From positions 1 to 24,054 of IMG/VR virus record IMGVR_UViG_3300037222_000065: a stretch of DNA of 24,054 nucleotides. The stretch is one strand, 5' to 3'. Every line of letters starts with the position of its first letter. Positions within the stretch are counted from its first letter, which is position 1. The stretch comes from a virus. Its lineage: Duplodnaviria > Caudoviricetes. The notes beneath the pieces were generated by a model that saw nothing but the letters and a program-made list of their open reading frames with translations, did not search any database and was not told the DNA's origin. Position numbers and translations under genes: made by a program. Positions 1 to 7,258 of the stretch are shown in pieces.

Positions 1-283
1 CTTTTTTTAGTGCCTGTGCGCCCCGTGCAGCTAATTGCAATTGAGCATCTCTATATGCACTTGCAGCACGCTGTTCTGGTGTTTTTGCGGCTTCGACGTT
101 GGCTTGATGTTGCGTTGCTTCTTCTTTGTCGCTGACGCATTTGAACATGAATGCCGATATAACAATGATGAAAATAATTTGTGTGATGCTGGTCGGTTTT
201 TTAACCTTGGCTCCGCAATTCGGGCAGGTTTTGGCATCAGTGCTTACTTGATGGTCGCATTCAGCACATTTGATAAGCGACAT
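1..283 (-). CDS. Zinc-ribbon membrane protein (truncated by window edge), downstream of cI
   Basis: Not in the ORF track. ATG at 283 with SD AAGGGGA; translates MSLIKCAECDHQVSTDAKTCPNCGAKVKKPTSITQIIFIIVISAFMF (CxxC-x10-CxxC then a TM helix); open to the window start. Confidence 0.8.
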   Translation of the reverse strand, partial: MSLIKCAECDHQVSTDAKTCPNCGAKVKKPTSITQIIFIIVISAFMFKCVSDKEEATQHQANVEAAKTPEQRAASAYRDAQLQLAARGAQALKK

Positions 284-333
284 TTTGTTCCCCTTAGAAA
301 TTGAAGGCTAACTGGATCTGCAACTGTAGCACA

Positions 334-717
334 TTATTTTTTCGATTCCTTGGCTTGCTCGATGAGTTGAGTTGTCGTATCAATTCCCCGTATATGATCG
401 GCGACCACCTCATCAGGCGCATTTTGTGCCGCTCGGAGTAAATTCATATAAAGCGGTTTAGTGATATAAACCAATTCACCGCCATCTTCGGCGTGTAGTG
501 TGTCCATCCATCCATTGGCTTTACCACATTTCTTTTCCATCGTGCGAGCGGTTTTACTGCCCATGCCGCGCGGAGTTTTATTGGCGCTGGGTGCTTGATT
601 GAGCAACTGGCTTAGATAAGCGGCTGCGATGCCGGTATGCTCAGCCAGCGCGACAATAGTATTGAGCTCATCCAAGAGAATGAGTAGGTTTTTTCGGCGT
701 ATTTCTTTGTTTTCCAT
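334..717 (-). CDS. Phage repressor CI-like (HTH), short, without S24 peptidase domain
   Basis: N-terminal IRRKNL...ALAEHTGIAAAYLSQLL...MGSKTARTMEKKCGKANGWMD, typical of phage repressors; divergent from the cro-like gene. Confidence 0.85.
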   Translation of the reverse strand: MENKEIRRKNLLILLDELNTIVALAEHTGIAAAYLSQLLNQAPSANKTPRGMGSKTARTMEKKCGKANGWMDTLHAEDGGELVYITKPLYMNLLRAAQNAPDEVVADHIRGIDTTTQLIEQAKESKK

Positions 718-730
718 AGTGAATGATTAG

Positions 731-797
731 ATAGCAAATTGCAAATTTGCGCGATGTGCAAAATGCTCTTGCATTACTGATAGCATTTTGCTATTAT
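731..797. promoter_or_regulatory. oR-like region: three 15-bp operators and pR promoter
   Basis: Perfect palindrome ATAGCA-TTT-TGCTAT (780-794) and degenerate copies ATAGCAAATTGCAAA (731-745) and TGTGCAAAATGCTCT (755-769); -35 TTGCAT (769-774), 17-bp spacer, -10 TATTAT (792-797). Confidence 0.8.
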
Positions 798-804
798 TTT
801 GCGG

Positions 805-1017
805 ATGGATGCTAAAACTTATCTTGAAGAACGTGGCCGAGACAAGGCCAAAGAGGTTGCCGAAGCGGCAGGGACATCGTTCGAATATTTCGGACAGATC
901 GCCAGCGGGCGCAGGCGTCCTTCTGTAAAGCTGGCTCTGAAACTGGTTGAGGCATCTGGCGGGGAGCTTGAATTTGTCGCGCTCCTGACTTCCAACCAGC
1001 AAACCGAGGCCGCATGA
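805..1017 (+). CDS. Cro-like HTH regulator (probably leaderless)
   Basis: MDAKTYLEERGRDKAKEVAEAAGTSFEYFGQIASGRRRPSVKLALKL: HTH; the ATG at 805 lies about 7 nt after the -10 box. Confidence 0.85.
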   Translation: MDAKTYLEERGRDKAKEVAEAAGTSFEYFGQIASGRRRPSVKLALKLVEASGGELEFVALLTSNQQTEAA

Positions 1018-1067
1018 TTTTCCCCCAACTGACATTAATAGGCTCCTCCCTCCCGTCAGTTGGCTTT

Positions 1068-1093
1068 GCCCTGCGCTTGCGCGGGGCTTTTTT
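1068..1093 (+). terminator. tR1-like intrinsic terminator
   Basis: GCCCTGCGC-TT-GCGCGGGGC followed by T6. Confidence 0.7.
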
Positions 1094-1111
1094 ATTTCAG
1101 TGAGGTGATCC

Positions 1112-1339
1112 ATGGCGCAAGACGGCAAAAGCGAAGTACGGTTCGACATCCCCCTCGAAGACATGGCTGTGCTGGATGCATATTGCTTATGCAATGGCGG
1201 TTTGTCGAGAACGGCGGTCATTTCAAAACTCCTGTTGGACTGGACGAAGGATAAACGTCATGAAGCCATGATGATCTGCCGCGTTGCCGGTATCAATCCG
1301 ATCAGGTCGGAGTCCGACTCCGATCGCACTCCGGTCTGA
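1112..1339 (+). CDS. Small DNA-binding protein (ribbon-helix-helix-like, at the cII position)
   Basis: SD GAGG; beta-strand EVRFDI followed by two helices (LSRTAVISKLL); position after cro/tR1. Confidence 0.55.
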   Translation: MAQDGKSEVRFDIPLEDMAVLDAYCLCNGGLSRTAVISKLLLDWTKDKRHEAMMICRVAGINPIRSESDSDRTPV

Positions 1340-1367
1340 CCGGAGTCGGACTCCGATCGGCGATCGC

Positions 1368-1571
1368 ATGACAAACGAAACCTCAACCGCAAGCGAACAC
1401 CTGCAGATGATCGAGGATTGCGAGACACGCGAATCTCGACTCACCGAATGGGATGCGCAGTTCCTAGACTCTATCAAGAACCAGCTCGGCAAAGGACTCT
1501 TCCCATCGTTGACGTCCAAGCAAGCCGATAAACTGGATGAGATATGGGAGCGCGCCACGGCGCAAGGATAA
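1368..1571 (+). CDS. Hypothetical phage protein
   Basis: MTNETSTASEHLQMIEDCE...LTEWDAQFLDSI...LTSKQADKLDEIWE; ATG at 1368 preferred over the track start. Confidence 0.7.
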   Translation: MTNETSTASEHLQMIEDCETRESRLTEWDAQFLDSIKNQLGKGLFPSLTSKQADKLDEIWERATAQG

Positions 1572-1575
1572 AAAA

Positions 1576-1767
1576 ATGACCACCGGCCGCGAACAGCTTG
1601 AGCATGCCTTAAGAATGTTTCTCGATATTGATCCCACCTTCACGTCTGCTTCATTAAAAATTGTAAAAGAAATGGCAGCCGATCCCAAAAACAAGATGGC
1701 ACGAGCAGTGCTGGCCGCACGGCTTTCGTTGGGCGAAGAGCTTCCCTATGAAGGGCTGAACTCATGA
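1576..1767 (+). CDS. Hypothetical phage protein
   Basis: SD AAGGA, ATG at 1576; stop overlaps the next ATG (ATGA). Confidence 0.6.
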   Translation: MTTGREQLEHALRMFLDIDPTFTSASLKIVKEMAADPKNKMARAVLAARLSLGEELPYEGLNS

Positions 1768-2030
1768 GCGGCGATCTATTTTCTTCTGAGCCCGTCGCCA
1801 GCACATCCTTTTTTGATGGGACTTGCGATTTGTGCACCGCTGCTGCCGGCATTTACAACTGGGGAAACCTTTGTTGTCGTGCGCGTTTTGTGACCAGCTT
1901 GCCGGGCATCGATTTGCGGCGCGGCTGGATGGCGCGCTGGAAGTCGCGCGAGACGCCGAGTTTCTATGCGGCCATTGCGCGTGCGGTAAAAGCGCAATGG
2001 GAAATTAAAACGGGGGTGGCACATGGCTGA
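1764..2030 (+). CDS. Hypothetical Cys-containing phage protein
   Basis: Translationally coupled on both sides; CxxC...CC motif. Confidence 0.65.
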   Translation: MSGDLFSSEPVASTSFFDGTCDLCTAAAGIYNWGNLCCRARFVTSLPGIDLRRGWMARWKSRETPSFYAAIARAVKAQWEIKTGVAHG

Positions 2031-4065
2031 GAAACCGCGCTCGGTATGGATGCCGATCTTGCCGATACCGGACGATGCGCCGGTGGTGCGCGTGCGGCAC
2101 CCGACTCGCGGCGAGCCGTTGCGGATTTTCTTTTATACCGATGCCGATGGGCGACCGCTCGGGCATGTATGCCGCTTCATGACTTCATCCGGCGAAGCGC
2201 TGCATCTGCCGCTCACCTGGTGCCAGGATCAAAACGGCGTCCGGGGTTGGCGCTGGATTCAGTTCCAGCGTTTACGCCCGCTGTTTGGCCTGGACAAGCT
2301 GGCCGCCGATCCGTTGGGGATGGTTCTGGTCGTCTTCGACGAAAACGAAGCTGATGCGGCGAGGAAGCTGCTGCCGAATATCGGTTGCGTTGTCTCATGG
2401 CCGGGCGGATTGCGCAAAATAGACGAGGTTGATTGGTCTTCATTGCGCGGCCACAAGATTGTGATCTGGCCGACGCTGACGATGGATCGATCCAAGGTCA
2501 AGCGTGGTGATGACAGCGGTGTAGTTCTGCCACGCGAGCGCCAGTCCGGTTGGCAGGCGGCGCTTAAGCTGGAAAAGATCGCGCTCGGCTATGGATGCCC
2601 AAGGGTGGACATCATCGATCCGTTTGGCAGTGATCTGCCGGATGGCTTCGGGCCCTCAATGGTGGATTTACAGGGTTGGGATGAAAAGCAGGTGTGGGAT
2701 TTCGTCTTTAAGCATGTCAAAAATGGTATCGGTTCCGATTTCGAACAGCGCGTGCGCAGGCTGCGTGGCGAGCGTTTGCCAGCCGAGCCGCCCGGCGCCG
2801 AAGTACAGCTCGCATCCGATGATGAAAAATGGCATCTGCATCTGCTGACCAAACACGGCGACGTGCTTCCTTGCCTGGCGAACGTGCATGACATTCTTGC
2901 GAACGCTGAAGCGTGGCGCGGCGTGGTGGCATTCGACGAGTTCGCGCAGCGCGTGGTCAAACTCAAAGCACCGGTATATATCGGCGGGAAGATGGGCGAA
3001 TGGGGTTCGACAGATGATTCCATGACCGCAATGATGCTCTCACGGTTATTTCAATTCACTCCTTCATCGTTAATAGTCGCCGAGGCCGTCGAAGTGATCG
3101 CGCGCGAGAACGGATTCCACCCGGTGCGAATCTGGCTGCGCACACTCAAGTGGGATGGCGTGCCGCGTCTGGATGATTGGTTGTGCGATTTTATTGGTGT
3201 GGAAAAAACGGAATATTCAAGGCGCGTGGCGCGCTGGTTTTTGACCGGAATGGTGGCGCGCGTGATGAAGCCAGGCGTGAAATTCGATTATTGCCTTGTG
3301 CTGGAAGGGATTCAGGGGTTGCTGAAGAGCGGCATGTTTGAGGCGCTGGCGGGTGAGTGGTTCAGCGATGCTGACATCGATTTGAGCAACAAGGATTCAA
3401 TGTCCGCTTTGCAAGGCGTTTGGTTGCATGAATTTGCGGAGCTGGGCTCATTAGCTCGGCATGAATCGTCCAGGCAAAAGAGTTTTATTTCTCGCAAGAT
3501 AGACAGATACCGCCCCGTCTATGGCAGGCGCGAAATCAGCGTTCCTCGCCAGGTGGTTTTCGGTGGGTCGACGAATGAGACATGGGACTGGAATAAAGAC
3601 CCGACAGGTGGGCGGAGATTCTGGCCTGTCCTGGTTGTTAATGAAGTAAACATCGAAGGACTGAGACTCGCGCGCGAGCAATTGTTCGCCGAGGCCGTGG
3701 TGATGTTCGATAAGGGTGAGAAATTCTGGCCCACCTTGGCGGAGCAACGCGAGTTGTTCGACCCTGAGCAGCTCAAGCGCGAGCAACAAGATTCGCTAAT
3801 CGATCTGCTGCACGATTGGGTTGCGAATCAGTATAAAGAATTTCCGCTGTCCGCCGCAGGAATAGATGGATTGAAGTTGGACGCGTCGAAGTTGACACGG
3901 GATTTACAAACGAGAATCGGCATTGCTTTGCGCAAGCTCGGCTGCACCAAAATTGAAAAACGTAACGGAATGACTCGCTATTGGTACAAGCCGCCAGAGA
4001 AAACGGCAAAGTCGATTGGCAGCATTCCGGTGCAATTATCGGGAGACGAACATGACGCGTTTTGA
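2023..4065 (+). CDS. Phage primase-helicase: degenerate Toprim-like N-terminus plus VirE/VapE-type P-loop ATPase
   Basis: FHPVR..L..LKWDGVPRL, RVMKPGVKFDYCLVLEGIQGLLKS (Walker A), WLHEFAEL (Walker B), PRQVVFGGSTN, DPTGGRRFWPV. Confidence 0.9.
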   Translation: MAEKPRSVWMPILPIPDDAPVVRVRHPTRGEPLRIFFYTDADGRPLGHVCRFMTSSGEALHLPLTWCQDQNGVRGWRWIQFQRLRPLFGLDKLAADPLGMVLVVFDENEADAARKLLPNIGCVVSWPGGLRKIDEVDWSSLRGHKIVIWPTLTMDRSKVKRGDDSGVVLPRERQSGWQAALKLEKIALGYGCPRVDIIDPFGSDLPDGFGPSMVDLQGWDEKQVWDFVFKHVKNGIGSDFEQRVRRLRGERLPAEPPGAEVQLASDDEKWHLHLLTKHGDVLPCLANVHDILANAEAWRGVVAFDEFAQRVVKLKAPVYIGGKMGEWGSTDDSMTAMMLSRLFQFTPSSLIVAEAVEVIARENGFHPVRIWLRTLKWDGVPRLDDWLCDFIGVEKTEYSRRVARWFLTGMVARVMKPGVKFDYCLVLEGIQGLLKSGMFEALAGEWFSDADIDLSNKDSMSALQGVWLHEFAELGSLARHESSRQKSFISRKIDRYRPVYGRREISVPRQVVFGGSTNETWDWNKDPTGGRRFWPVLVVNEVNIEGLRLAREQLFAEAVVMFDKGEKFWPTLAEQRELFDPEQLKREQQDSLIDLLHDWVANQYKEFPLSAAGIDGLKLDASKLTRDLQTRIGIALRKLGCTKIEKRNGMTRYWYKPPEKTAKSIGSIPVQLSGDEHDAF

Positions 4066-4069
4066 TCCC

Positions 4070-4308
4070 AAGGTTAGGAAGGTAGGGCAGAGGTTGGGAA
4101 CCCTGCAAGCCTCGCCCATGGCTGATGTTCCTAACCTTCCTAACCTTCCCTACCTGTCTCTCATGTGTGCGAGCATGCGCCCGCGCATATACGCGCGCGT
4201 GTACGTAACTCGTTTTACGTTGGGAAGGTTAGGAAGGTTAGGAAGATTGGCTTGTTTATTGGCTTGCAGGGTTCCCAACCTCGGCTTTAGGTTGGGAAGG
4301 TTGGGAAG
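4070..4308. repeat. Putative replication origin: AGGTTRGGA iterons in both orientations plus a 22-bp perfect inverted repeat
   Basis: GAGGTTGGGAACCCTGCAAGCC (4090-4111) and its reverse complement (4261-4282); multiple AGGTTAGGA/AGGTTGGGA/TCCTAACCT 9-mers; directly after the helicase gene. Confidence 0.75.
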
Positions 4309-4341
4309 CTGCTTAAATTTACAAGGAGATTTGCGATAACC

Positions 4342-4509
4342 ATGAGCGTGATTCTGCCACAACGGTTCTATGGCGATCCAGCCGAATGCGTGGACGAGTT
4401 GCGCAAGATTCATGAACAGCAAAAGCGCAAGGCGGATCGCACCAGGATTTACAAGGGGCAGCGCATCCGTGCGCTGGTGAAGCAAGTGATGAAAGGGGTG
4501 CGGCGATGA
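4342..4509 (+). CDS. Small hypothetical protein (55 aa)
   Basis: Not in the track. SD AAGGAG upstream; MSVILPQRFYGDPAECVDELRK...; TGA overlaps the next ATG. Confidence 0.65.
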   Translation: MSVILPQRFYGDPAECVDELRKIHEQQKRKADRTRIYKGQRIRALVKQVMKGVRR

Positions 4510-4949
4510 GAGTCGAGTTGGCTTGGGTGGATGCATTGCTGAGCCGTTGGGGACGTTGGGCGATCCGCTGCGAAAGCGGCGCGCTAGGGTTTGCGTCATC
4601 GTGCAGCATTGGCGGTGGTGATCTGCACACGAATGAGGATGGACACCATTCTGCTGAGCCGCGCGGACTGACAGATGATGATATGGAAGCAGTTGATGGA
4701 GCGGTGCGCAAGCTGCCACCTATATTGAGAATAACAATTATTGAGGTATACCAGCACGGGCAAGGAAAGTCTGATCGCCAGCAGGCAGAGGCACTGGGTG
4801 TTGATCGCAAGACGCTATGCAAATACGTTCTTTTGGCACATCGCAAAATAGCGCTTGACATTTCAATTCAATGTCCCCAGAATCACGCCCAATCTGCTAA
4901 TCGGGGAAGTTGTCTCGAAAGCAATCAACCCGTCACGGCCATCGCCTGA
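4506..4949 (+). CDS. Late antiterminator Q-like protein
   Basis: LLSRWGRWA N-terminus, AVDGAVRKLP, C-terminal sigma-4-like HTH (QQAEALGVDRKTL); lies before the late operon. Confidence 0.75.
   Translation: MRVELAWVDALLSRWGRWAIRCESGALGFASSCSIGGGDLHTNEDGHHSAEPRGLTDDDMEAVDGAVRKLPPILRITIIEVYQHGQGKSDRQQAEALGVDRKTLCKYVLLAHRKIALDISIQCPQNHAQSANRGSCLESNQPVTAIA
4855..4883 (+). promoter_or_regulatory. pR'-like late promoter inside the 3' end of Q
   Basis: TTGACA (4855-4860), 17-bp spacer, CAGAAT (4878-4883); inverted repeat GACATT/AATGTC overlapping the spacer. Confidence 0.65.
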
Positions 4950-4959
4950 CGGGTTTTTT
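4927..4959 (+). terminator. tR'-like intrinsic terminator
   Basis: AACCCGTCA-11 nt-TGACGGGTT followed by TTTT, just after pR'. Confidence 0.75.
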
Positions 4960-4962
4960 ATT

Positions 4963-5364
4963 ATGCCAATTGCAGCACAGCGACCATGCAGCAAACCAGG
5001 TTGCGGCGTGCTAACTGATGCTGGCCGATGCCCTGCACACCGTATCGAAGCAAGACAACAGCAAGATCAACAACGCGGTTCATCAACACAGCGTGGCTAT
5101 GGTGCCAGATGGCAGAAGGCTAGCAAGGCATACTTGCGCGCACATCCACTGTGCCAATGCCCTGACTGCGACGAAGGCCGCAAGCTCATCACCGTAGCAA
5201 CAGTCGTTGATCACATCATCCCCCATCGTGGCGACATGAAACTGTTCTGGGATTCGAACAATTGGCAATCGATGAGCAAGCCCTGCCACGACCGCAAGAC
5301 AGCGCATGAGGATGGTGGCTTCGGTCACCAGCTGTCGCACACAACACCCCGGGGGCGTGGGTAA
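4963..5364 (+). CDS. HNH endonuclease (terminase-associated, HK97 gp74-like)
   Basis: RGSSTQRGYGARWQKAS...HPLC...ATVVDHIIPHRGD..LFWDSNNWQSMSKPCHDRKT; ATG at 4963. Confidence 0.92.
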   Translation: MPIAAQRPCSKPGCGVLTDAGRCPAHRIEARQQQDQQRGSSTQRGYGARWQKASKAYLRAHPLCQCPDCDEGRKLITVATVVDHIIPHRGDMKLFWDSNNWQSMSKPCHDRKTAHEDGGFGHQLSHTTPRGRG

Positions 5365-5440
5365 ATTATTTTCGCCCGTCATTCTCTAGACCGTATGGGT
5401 AGTCAGATTTTTATGTGCGCGATATTGGGTAGGGGGGGGT
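5345..5440. other. Putative cos (cohesive end) region
   Basis: Intergenic region after HNH with G-rich flanks and GAC-CGTATGGGTA-GTC (5389-5404) followed by AGATTTTTATGTGCGCGA; position typical of HNH-associated 3' cos phages. Confidence 0.5.
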
Positions 5441-5464
5441 TGTGGGTATTAGAAAGGGTGATGG

Positions 5465-6800
5465 ATGTTGATTGAATACCGGAGCGTTGAGGCGTTGGTG
5501 CCTTATGCTCGGAACAGCCGGACGCATAGTGATGCGCAGGTTGCGCAGATCATGGCGGCGATGGTTGAGTTTGGGTGGACGAATCCGGTGCTGGCGGATG
5601 GCGATGGGATTGTCGCGGGGCACGGGCGGGTGATGGCGGCGTCCAGGTTGTATGAGCAGGGCGAGACGATACGGTTGCCTGGTGGTGATGAGGTTCCTGA
5701 CGGGATGGTGCCAGTGATCGATTGCACCGGATGGTCGGTAGTGCAGCGCAAGGCTTATATCATCGCGGACAATCGGCTGGCTGAAAATGCCGGATGGGAT
5801 TCGGCGATGCTGGCGCTGGATATCGGCGACCTGCGCGAGTGCGGGTTCGATGTCGGGTTGACCGGTTTCAACGATGCGGATCTGAATGCGCTGATCGCGC
5901 CGAAAGGAAATGCAGGGCTGACCGATCCGGACGACGTGCCGGAAGTACAGCCCGATCCGATCAGTAGGCTGGGCGACTTGTGGCTGATGGGCAAGCATCG
6001 GTTGATGTGTGGCAGCAGCACCGAAGCTGAAACGGTAGAAAGGCTGCGGGGGGGGGGCGATACCAATCCTGATGGTGACCGACCCGCCTTACGGGGTGAG
6101 CTACGATGCAAGCTGGCGCCTTGCAGCGGGCATAAATAAATCATGGCAAACCCGCGCTGAGGGGAAGGTACTAAACGATGATCGGGTAGATTGGTCAGAG
6201 GCATGGGCATTATTTCCCGGCGATGTATTTTATTGCTGGCATGCCGACCGGCATGCCAGCGCGGTGCAAGCGTCGATGGAATCCGCTGGGTTTGAAATCC
6301 GCTCGCAAATCATATGGGCAAAAAATTCACTGGTAATGGGCCGAGGACATTATCACTGGCAACATGAGCCTTGCTGGTACGCCGTGAGGAAGTCCGCGAC
6401 TGGGCATTGGGTCGGTGACCGGAAGCAGTCAACACTTTGGCAAATCGCAAACATGCATCGAACACAAGGCGATGTGGACGACGGCAAGACTAGTCATTCC
6501 ACGCAAAAGCCGATCGAGTGCATGAAACGCCCCATCGAAAACAACAGCAGTCCCGGCGATAGTGTTTACGACCCGTTCGTTGGCAGCGGCACCACGATCA
6601 TCGCTGCCGAAATGATGGGGCGTTGTTGCTATGCCATCGAATTGAACCCAGCGTATGTGGATGTTTGCGTGCGCCGCTGGCAAAACTTCACCGGCCAGCA
6701 GGCCACGCTCGAATCTGATGGGCGCACTTTTGATGAGATATCGGCAGAAAGGATTCAGGCAGCACGATGCGAGGCAGAACACCAACTCCAACCAAGCTGA
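5465..6800 (+). pseudogene. ParB-like nuclease domain / N6-N4 DNA methyltransferase fusion, frameshifted at G10 tract 6048-6057
   Basis: ORF 5465-6139: LVPYARNSRTH..FGWTNPVL..IVAGHGRV..ADNRLAENAGWD..GDLWLMGKHRLMCG. ORF 6072-6800 in the +1 frame: TDPPY, HSTQKP, VYDPFVGSGTT. G9 would give one 444-aa protein. Confidence 0.85.
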
Positions 6801-7258
6801 AATTATTGACGGGCAATCCCGGCAAGCGGCCGATCAACCTGGACACGTTTTCGCCTGCGTCCGAGATTCCGCGCTGCCCGGCTTTGCTCAAGAGCGAGGC
6901 GCGGAAGGAATGGCGGCGCATCACGCATGAGTTGCACCAGTACCACATGATCGCGGAAGTGGATCGCGGTTTGCTGGCGATGCTGTGCACGACCTGGGCG
7001 CGGTTTGTCGAGGCGGAGCAGATGATCGAGAAGGCATCGGCTGCAGGCGGCAGCGGGCTATTTGTGAAAACGCCGAATGGCTTCCCGGTGCAGTCGCCGT
7101 GGGTAGCAGTTTCCAACAAGGCGATCGAAACTTACAAATCATTATGCGCGGAATTCGGGTTGTCGCCATCGGCGCGGACGCGGGTGGCGCCGCAGACCAC
7201 TCCGCAGATGGACTTGCCCGGGCTGGAGCTGGTTAAAAATTCATGGGATCAGGTATAG
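6767..7258 (+). CDS. Terminase small subunit, P27 family
   Basis: MRGRTPTPTKLKLLTGNPGKR...ARKEWRRI...EFGLSPSARTR. Confidence 0.93.
   Translation: MRGRTPTPTKLKLLTGNPGKRPINLDTFSPASEIPRCPALLKSEARKEWRRITHELHQYHMIAEVDRGLLAMLCTTWARFVEAEQMIEKASAAGGSGLFVKTPNGFPVQSPWVAVSNKAIETYKSLCAEFGLSPSARTRVAPQTTPQMDLPGLELVKNSWDQV

Noticed and set aside
4016-4719. ORFs 4016-4339 (+) and 4150-4719 (-) with LPNLPNL/LGRLGR repeats
   Set aside because: The peptide repeats are translations of the 9-bp iterons; the region is better explained as a non-coding origin.
4855-4962. TTG start for the HNH gene
   Set aside because: The TTG belongs to the -35 box and the extension crosses tR'; the ATG at 4963 gives a typical N-terminus.
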